Below are positions 58,685 through 64,000 of a stretch of 64,000 nucleotides of DNA, piece by piece. Made by a program: the position numbers and the translations under genes. This DNA comes from an uncultured Rhodopila sp. Lineage in GTDB: Bacteria > Pseudomonadota > Alphaproteobacteria > Acetobacterales > Acetobacteraceae. The notes below the pieces were generated by a model that was not told the origin of the DNA, ran no database searches, and saw only the letters and a list, made by a program, of their open reading frames with translations. The DNA lies in contig CAJATU010000093.1 of NCBI GenBank assembly GCA_903944925.1, forward strand, positions 26,485-90,484, written 5' to 3'. Each line of letters begins with the position of its first letter. The stretch's first letter is position 1.

Positions 58685-59083
58685 TTAGAACACGCGGCAG
58701 AGGACTTCGCCGCCAACATTGGCGGCGCGTGCCTCGGCATCGCTCATCACGCCGCGAGGCGTGGACAGGATGGAAATACCCAGGCCGGCATAGACCCGCG
58801 GCAGTTCCTTGATTTTCGCATACACGCGGCGGCCGGGCTTGGAGACGCGGCTGATCTCCTTGATGACCGGTTCACCCTCGTTGTACTTCAGCTCGATGCG
58901 CAGGTTGGCGACGCCGGGACGCACTTCCTCGGCGGCGTAACCGCGGATGAAGCCTTCACGCTTCAGCACACCCAGCACGTTGGCCCGCAGCTTCGACGCC
59001 GGCGCCAGGCACACGGAGTGCCGGGCGCGCTGCGCATTGCGGATGCGGGTCAGCATATCCCCCAAGGGATCGGACATTGACAT
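58685..59083 (-). CDS. rpsH: 30S ribosomal protein S8
   Basis: [24 protein letters not shown]... Confidence 0.95.
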   Translation of the reverse strand: MSMSDPLGDMLTRIRNAQRARHSVCLAPASKLRANVLGVLKREGFIRGYAAEEVRPGVANLRIELKYNEGEPVIKEISRVSKPGRRVYAKIKELPRVYAGLGISILSTPRGVMSDAEARAANVGGEVLCRVF

Positions 59084-59095
59084 CGTGTCGTTCCC

Positions 59096-59401
59096 TTACC
59101 AGCTCGCCTTGACCATACCGGGGATTTGCCCGGCACTGGCCAGATCGCGCAGGGCGATACGGCAAAGCTTGAACTTGCGGTAGTTCCCGCGTGAGCGGCC
59201 GGTCAGCTCGCAGCGCAGGCGCACCCGCACCGCGGCGCCATTGCGCGGCAGTTGCGCCAGCTTCAGCGACGCGTTGAAGCGGTCCTCGACCGGCAGCGTC
59301 CGGTCCATCAGGACGTCCTTCAAGGCCTTGCGCTTCGACTTGTCGCGCTTCGCCATCCTCTCCCGCATCGCATTGCGGTTGACCTGGGAAGTTTTGGCCA
59401 T
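59096..59401 (-). CDS. rpsN: 30S ribosomal protein S14
   Basis: [24 protein letters not shown]...[11 protein letters not shown]. Confidence 0.95.
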   Translation of the reverse strand: MAKTSQVNRNAMRERMAKRDKSKRKALKDVLMDRTLPVEDRFNASLKLAQLPRNGAAVRVRLRCELTGRSRGNYRKFKLCRIALRDLASAGQIPGMVKASW

Positions 59402-59468
59402 CCTGTATAAATCCTCCGGAACCTGCCGCCTGCCCGAACGGGCCGGGTGGCGGGGGTTTTCCTAAAAC

Positions 59469-60170
59469 TCAGTTGGCGAAAGGTAGGTCGAAAGCCTTCA
59501 GCAGAGCCTTCGCTTCGGCGTCGGTCTTCGCGGTGGTCACGAACTGGATGTCCATGCCGCGAACAGAGTCCACCCGGTCGTAGTTGATCTCCGGGAAGAT
59601 GATCTGCTCCTTCAGGCCCATGGCGAAGTTGCCGCGGCCGTCGAAACCCTTGCCGGTGATGCCGCGGAAGTCGCGCACGCGTGGCAGGGCGATGGTGACC
59701 AGACGATCCAGGAACTCATACATGCGCGCCTTGCGGAGCGTGACCTTGCAGCCGATGGGCAAACCCTTGCGGATCTTGAAGCCGGCGATCGCCTTCTTCG
59801 CCACCGTCTTGACCGGGCGCTGACCGGCGATGGAATTCAGCTCGCCGACTGCGGCATCGAGCTTCTTTTGGTCGCCCGTCGCTTCGCCGACGCCCATGTT
59901 CAGGACGATCTTTTCCAGCTTCGGAATTTCCATCACGTTCTTGTAGCCGAACTCCTGCTGCAGCTTCGCCCGGATCTCCGTACGATAGCGCTGCAGAAAG
60001 CGCGGCAGATCTTCGGGGGACGTGACCGGCGCATCGACGCCAACCATCTCCACCCGGCGGGCGGCGCGCTGCGCTTCCTTGCCGGCCGGAGGCCCGCCGG
60101 AGCCGCGAGGCCCCGCTGTCTTGGCGGATGGCTTCCCGCCACCCTTGGGCTGATTTTTGGTGCCGCTCAT
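59469..60170 (-). CDS. rplE: 50S ribosomal protein L5 (with ~41-aa basic Gly/Lys/Pro-rich N-terminal extension if the first ATG is used)
   Basis: The core is [41 protein letters not shown].... The ATG at 60170 lies 4 nt after the rplX stop. An alternative ATG at 60047 would leave a 128-nt gap. Confidence 0.9.
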   Translation of the reverse strand: MSGTKNQPKGGGKPSAKTAGPRGSGGPPAGKEAQRAARRVEMVGVDAPVTSPEDLPRFLQRYRTEIRAKLQQEFGYKNVMEIPKLEKIVLNMGVGEATGDQKKLDAAVGELNSIAGQRPVKTVAKKAIAGFKIRKGLPIGCKVTLRKARMYEFLDRLVTIALPRVRDFRGITGKGFDGRGNFAMGLKEQIIFPEINYDRVDSVRGMDIQFVTTAKTDAEAKALLKAFDLPFAN

Positions 60171-60174
60171 TGCC

Positions 60175-60495
60175 TCAGCTTTCGATCACTTCGCCGGTCG
60201 CCTTGGCGAACCGAACTTTCCGGCCGCCTTCCAGGATGCGGAAGCCAACCTTGGTGGGTTTCTCGCTCTTGGGGTCGATCAGCTTCAGGTTGGACAGGTC
60301 GATCGCGGCCTCACGGTCGACGATGCCACCGGGCTGCCCCATGCCAGTCGGCTTGGTGTGATGGCGCGCCATGGCGGCACCCTTCACGATCGCCCGGCCG
60401 GCATCCGGGAACACCTGCAGCACTTCGCCGCGCTGGCCCTTGCTCTTGCCGGTCGTCACCAGGACGGTATCGCCCTTACGGATACGCGCGGCCAT
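60175..60495 (-). CDS. rplX: 50S ribosomal protein L24
   Basis: [28 protein letters not shown]... Confidence 0.95.
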   Translation of the reverse strand: MAARIRKGDTVLVTTGKSKGQRGEVLQVFPDAGRAIVKGAAMARHHTKPTGMGQPGGIVDREAAIDLSNLKLIDPKSEKPTKVGFRILEGGRKVRFAKATGEVIES

Positions 60496-60863
60496 TACAG
60501 CACCTCCGGCGCCAAAGAGATGATCTTCATGAACTTGCGTCCGCGCAGTTCACGCACCACCGGCCCGAAGATGCGGGTCCCGATGGGCTCCTGCTGCTTG
60601 TTGATCAGCACGGCGGCATTGCGGTCGAAGCGGATGGCGCTGCCATCGGGGCGGCGCACCGGGAAAGAGGTGCGCACGATCACCGCCTGGTGGACGTCGC
60701 CCTTCTTCACCTTGCCGCGGGGAATCGCTTCCTTGATCGACACGACGATGACGTCGCCGACGGAAGCGGTCTTGCGCTTGGAGCCGCCGAGCACCTTGAT
60801 GCACATCACGCGGCGCGCACCGGAGTTGTCGGCGACTTCGAGATGGCTCTCTACCTGGATCAT
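60495..60863 (-). CDS. rplN: 50S ribosomal protein L14
   Basis: [28 protein letters not shown]... Confidence 0.96.
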   Translation of the reverse strand: MIQVESHLEVADNSGARRVMCIKVLGGSKRKTASVGDVIVVSIKEAIPRGKVKKGDVHQAVIVRTSFPVRRPDGSAIRFDRNAAVLINKQQEPIGTRIFGPVVRELRGRKFMKIISLAPEVL

Positions 60864-60875
60864 CGGGCGTCTCCC

Positions 60876-61217
60876 TTACGCTGTCGCCGCTGGCGGCGCG
60901 GGCACCGACGGCGCGGGCGCGGGCGGCGCGGGATGAGCTTCGGCAGCGGCGATGGCTTCTTCCGGGGCATCGCCCAGGACCTGGCCGTTGCGCTCAACGA
61001 GAGTCCAGGTCTTCCGCTTGCTGATCGGCGGGCATTCCACGATGCGCACCAGATCGCCGACCTTGGCGACGTTGGCTTCATCGTGCGCCGCATACTTCTT
61101 CGACTTGCGGATGAACTTCTTGTACAGCGGGTGCATCACGCGACGATCGACAAGTACCGTAATGGTCTTGTCCATCTTGTCGCTGGTCACTCGCCCTGTC
61201 AGGACGCGCCTTGGCAT
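60876..61217 (-). CDS. rpsQ: 30S ribosomal protein S17 (with ~30-aa Pro/Ala-rich C-terminal extension)
   Basis: [47 protein letters not shown]..., with the tail [20 protein letters not shown]. Confidence 0.93.
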   Translation of the reverse strand: MPRRVLTGRVTSDKMDKTITVLVDRRVMHPLYKKFIRKSKKYAAHDEANVAKVGDLVRIVECPPISKRKTWTLVERNGQVLGDAPEEAIAAAEAHPAPPAPAPSVPAPPAATA

Positions 61218-61228
61218 CGCCCTCTCCT

Positions 61229-61450
61229 TTACGACTTGCCGGCGGAACGAACTTTTTCCGCCTGGATTGTTTTCACGCGAGCGATCTCACGACGAACTTC
61301 ACGCACCCGGCCGGTGCCTTCCTGCTGGCCGGTAGCCCGCTGGAAGCGCAGGTTGAACTGCTCCTTGCGCAGGTCCAGCAGCAGGTCCGACAACTGGTCC
61401 GGCGTCTTGGCGCGGACATCGGCCGCCTTGTAGAGAACATTCTTGGCCAT
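61229..61450 (-). CDS. rpmC: 50S ribosomal protein L29
   Basis: [42 protein letters not shown].... The ATG overlaps the rplP stop (ATGA). Confidence 0.92.
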   Translation of the reverse strand: MAKNVLYKAADVRAKTPDQLSDLLLDLRKEQFNLRFQRATGQQEGTGRVREVRREIARVKTIQAEKVRSAGKS

Positions 61451-61866
61451 CAGGCGTCTCCCACCCGCGCAATGAACTTGGTCCGTATCGGCAGTTTCGC
61501 CGCGCCAAGCGTCAGAGCCTCGCGCGCCAGTTCCGGCGTCACGCCGTCGATCTCGAACATGATGCGGCCGGGCGCCACGCGGGCGACCCAGAACTCCGGC
61601 GCACCCTTGCCGGAACCCATGCGGACTTCGGCGGGCTTGGTGGACACAGGCACATCCGGGAAGATCCGGATCCATACGCGGCCGGCACGCTTCATCGCGC
61701 GGGTGATCGCACGCCGGGCGGATTCGATCTGGCGGGCGGTGATCCGCTCCGGCGCCAGGGCCTTGAGGCCGTAGGTGCCGAAATTCAGCGTGGTGCCGCC
61801 CTTGGACGCGCCGTGGATGCGGCCCTTGTGCTGCTTGCGATACTTGGTGCGCTTCGGAGAGAGCAT
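61450..61866 (-). CDS. rplP: 50S ribosomal protein L16
   Basis: [24 protein letters not shown]... Confidence 0.96.
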   Translation of the reverse strand: MLSPKRTKYRKQHKGRIHGASKGGTTLNFGTYGLKALAPERITARQIESARRAITRAMKRAGRVWIRIFPDVPVSTKPAEVRMGSGKGAPEFWVARVAPGRIMFEIDGVTPELAREALTLGAAKLPIRTKFIARVGDA

Positions 61867-61885
61867 CTGACTTTACCAATCCATA

Positions 61886-62563
61886 TTACCGCTGGGGCGC
61901 CTGTTCGGCGGCCTTGCGGTCCTGAGCCATCGGGTCGTGCGCCAGGATCTCGCCCTTGAAAACCCACACCTTCACGCCGCAGGTGCCATAGGTCGTCTTC
62001 GCCGTGGCGATGCCGTAGTCGATGTCGGCGCGCAGCGTATGCAGCGGCACGCGGCCTTCGCGATACCACTCCACCCGGGCGATTTCCGCGCCGCCCAGAC
62101 GGCCGCCGCAGTTGATCCGGATGCCCTGGGCGCCCAGACGCATGGCCGACTGCACCGCGCGCTTCATGGCGCGGCGGAAGGCGACGCGGCGCTCGAGCTG
62201 CTGGGCGATGTTTTCGGCCACCAGGGTCGCATCGATTTCCGGCTTGCGGATTTCGACTATGTTCAGGTTGACCTCGGCGCGGGCCAGCTTGGTCAGTTCC
62301 TTCTTCAGGACCTCGATGTCCTGGCCCTTCTTGCCGATGACGACACCCGGACGGGCGGCATAGATCGTCACGCGCGGCTTCTTCGCCGGACGCTCGATCA
62401 CCACGCGGGAAACGCCCGCACCGCGCAGCTTGGTGCGCAGGTGGTTGCGCAGCTTGATGTCTTCATGCAGCAGCTTGGAATAGTCGGTGCCGGCGAACCA
62501 GCGGCTGTCCCAGGTGCGGTTGATGCCGAGGCGGAGACCGACCGGATTGACTTTGTGACCCAT
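61886..62563 (-). CDS. rpsC: 30S ribosomal protein S3
   Basis: [24 protein letters not shown]... Confidence 0.96.
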   Translation of the reverse strand: MGHKVNPVGLRLGINRTWDSRWFAGTDYSKLLHEDIKLRNHLRTKLRGAGVSRVVIERPAKKPRVTIYAARPGVVIGKKGQDIEVLKKELTKLARAEVNLNIVEIRKPEIDATLVAENIAQQLERRVAFRRAMKRAVQSAMRLGAQGIRINCGGRLGGAEIARVEWYREGRVPLHTLRADIDYGIATAKTTYGTCGVKVWVFKGEILAHDPMAQDRKAAEQAPQR

Positions 62564-62564
62564 C

Positions 62565-62957
62565 TTATGCGGTCTCCTCTTCTTCCTGTGCCCGCTCCGC
62601 GACGACGATCTTCAGGTGGCTGAACCACTTCTCGACGCGGGAGGCGCGACCGCGGCCACGGGCGTGGAAGCGGCGCATCACGATGGAGCGGCCGACTTCA
62701 GCTCGGGCGACGACCAGGCGATCGACGTCGAGCTGGTGGTTGTTCTCGGCGTTGGCGATGGCGCTTTCCAAGGCCTTCTTCACCTGGCCGGCGATGCGGC
62801 GCTTGCTGAAGGTCAAGGTCGCGACGGCGCGCTGGGCCGGCAGGTTGCGGATCATCCCGGCGACCAGGTTCAGCTTGCGCGGGCTGACGCGCAGATTGCT
62901 GACGATCGCCTGCGCTTCCGTACTGGGAAGGCTCCGCTCGTGTTTCGGCTTGCTCAT
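62565..62957 (-). CDS. rplV: 50S ribosomal protein L22
   Basis: ORF trimmed to [37 protein letters not shown]... Confidence 0.94.
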   Translation of the reverse strand: MSKPKHERSLPSTEAQAIVSNLRVSPRKLNLVAGMIRNLPAQRAVATLTFSKRRIAGQVKKALESAIANAENNHQLDVDRLVVARAEVGRSIVMRRFHARGRGRASRVEKWFSHLKIVVAERAQEEEETA

Positions 62958-62958
62958 G

Positions 62959-63237
62959 TCAGCCGCGCCTCGCCTTCTTGTCAGCGGCATGGCCGCTGAA
63001 GGTGCGTGTCGGCGAGAACTCGCCGAACTTGTGGCCGACCATGTTCTCGTTGACCTGCACGGGCAGGAACTTGTGGCCGTTATAGACCCCAAACGTCAGG
63101 CCGACGAACTGCGGCAGGATCGTCGAGCGGCGCGACCAGATCTTGATGATCTCGTTGCGCGACGATGCCTTCGCGGCTTCGGCCTTGGCCAGCAGGTAAC
63201 CGTCGACGAACGGTCCCTTCCATACGGAACGCGCCAT
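62959..63237 (-). CDS. rpsS: 30S ribosomal protein S19
   Basis: [23 protein letters not shown]...[12 protein letters not shown]. Confidence 0.96.
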   Translation of the reverse strand: MARSVWKGPFVDGYLLAKAEAAKASSRNEIIKIWSRRSTILPQFVGLTFGVYNGHKFLPVQVNENMVGHKFGEFSPTRTFSGHAADKKARRG

Positions 63238-63240
63238 CTC

Positions 63241-64000
63241 TTACTTACCCTTGTTACGGCGGCGGATGATCAGGCTGTCCGTCCGCTTGTTGCCGCGAGT
63301 CTTGTAGCCCTTGGCCGGCTGGCCCCACGGGGATACCGGGTGACGGCCACCGGAGCTGCGGCCTTCGCCGCCGCCCAGCGGGTGATCGACCGGGTTCATG
63401 ACGACACCGCGGTTATGCGGCCTGAAGCCCAGCCAGCGCGTGCGCCCGGCCTTGCCCAGCTTCTGGTTCATGTTGTCCGGGTTGGACACCGCTCCGACGG
63501 AGGCGATGCACTCGCCGCGGACGAGCCGCAGCTCACCGGACTGCAGCTTGATCTGGGCGTAGCCGGCGTCCTTGCCGACGAGCTGAGCGTAGGTCCCGGC
63601 GGAGCGGGCGATCTTGCCACCGGCGCCGACTTTCATCTCGACGTTGTGGATGATCGTGCCAACGGGCATCGCGCCCAGGGGCATGGCGTTGCCCGGCTTG
63701 ATATCGACCTTGGCGCCGGCGATGACCTGGTCGCCAACCTTCAGCCGCTGCGGCGCCAGGATGTACGACTGCTCGCCATCGGCGTACTTGATCAGCGCGA
63801 TGAACGCGGTGCGGTTCGGATCGTATTCCAGCCGCTCGACCGTCGCGGCCACATCGAACTTGCGGCGCTTGAAATCGATGACGCGGTAGGACTGCTTGTG
63901 TCCGCCGCCACGGAACCGGCTGGTGATGCGGCCGTGGTTGTTGCGTCCGCCGTGGCTGTGCTGGCCTTCGGTCAGGCCCTTGAGAGGCTTGCCCTTCCAC
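63241..64000 (-). CDS. rplB: 50S ribosomal protein L2 (5'-truncated by the window edge)
   Basis: ...[37 protein letters not shown]...[18 protein letters not shown]. The frame stays open to position 64000. Confidence 0.94.
   Translation of the reverse strand, partial: WKGKPLKGLTEGQHSHGGRNNHGRITSRFRGGGHKQSYRVIDFKRRKFDVAATVERLEYDPNRTAFIALIKYADGEQSYILAPQRLKVGDQVIAGAKVDIKPGNAMPLGAMPVGTIIHNVEMKVGAGGKIARSAGTYAQLVGKDAGYAQIKLQSGELRLVRGECIASVGAVSNPDNMNQKLGKAGRTRWLGFRPHNRGVVMNPVDHPLGGGEGRSSGGRHPVSPWGQPAKGYKTRGNKRTDSLIIRRRNKGK

Noticed and set aside
59868-61433. 521-aa plus-strand ORF across the rplE-rpmC region
   Set aside because: It is antisense to six universally conserved ribosomal protein genes. 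It has no motifs.

Overview
GC-rich bacterial chromosomal segment. The gene content and order look alphaproteobacterial: adk sits inside the spc ribosomal operon, the rpsM-rpsK-rpoA-rplQ block has no rpsD, and there is an HWE-type histidine kinase, an EcfG-type promoter and a Hint_2-type protein. This taxon call is inference only.

The right-hand ~12 kb (51.7-64 kb, minus strand) is the conserved S10/spc/alpha ribosomal protein cluster: rplB (partial), rpsS, rplV, rpsC, rplP, rpmC, rpsQ, rplN, rplX, rplE, rpsN, rpsH, rplF, rplR, rpsE, rpmD, rplO, secY, adk, rpsM, rpsK, rpoA, rplQ.

The remaining ~51 kb is mostly housekeeping, transport and stress genes:
- a VIT1 transporter, a histidine-rich protein and a cNMP-domain Na+/H+ antiporter
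- tRNA-Ser(GGA)
- livHMGF
- a Phd/VapC toxin-antitoxin pair
- an MFS transporter and a decayed RND efflux pump remnant
- a ketopantoate-reductase-family gene and a split YeeE/YedE pair
- an orphan Liv-type binding protein
- pqiABC
- thiD-glmM-folP
- prkA-yeaH-spoVR
- an M16 peptidase downstream of an HWE kinase and a single-domain response regulator
- divergent cysteine-synthase-like and rhodanese genes
- two PEP-CTERM proteins
- an SDR, an NhaP antiporter, and an orphan ParA-like ATPase translationally coupled to a 4-TM protein
- a GNAT, mgtC, a phasin-like protein, glgX, csbD, an MDR oxidoreductase, EamA and lctP
- a large Hint-domain protein

I saw no CRISPR array, rRNA, transposase or integrase.

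Most interesting observations:
1. A proline-codon-rich upstream ORF ends 6 nt before a perfect 13-bp hairpin that sequesters the mgtC start codon.
2. A duplicated His-rich protein with a C-terminal Cys/His motif sits between a cNMP-domain antiporter and a VIT1 metal transporter.
3. A passenger-like, Hint (bacterial intein-like), unknown-C-terminal-domain protein lies in a lower-GC patch next to the ribosomal cluster.
4. A 132-bp nested palindromic element spans exactly stop codon to stop codon between spoVR and the M16 peptidase.
5. A REP-like hairpin family occurs at convergent gene ends.
6. csbD has a perfect GGAAC-N16-CGTT (EcfG-type) promoter and a strong intrinsic terminator.
7. An orphan ParA-like ATPase is coupled to a membrane protein.

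All calls come from reading the ORF translations and the DNA by eye. No database search was run.
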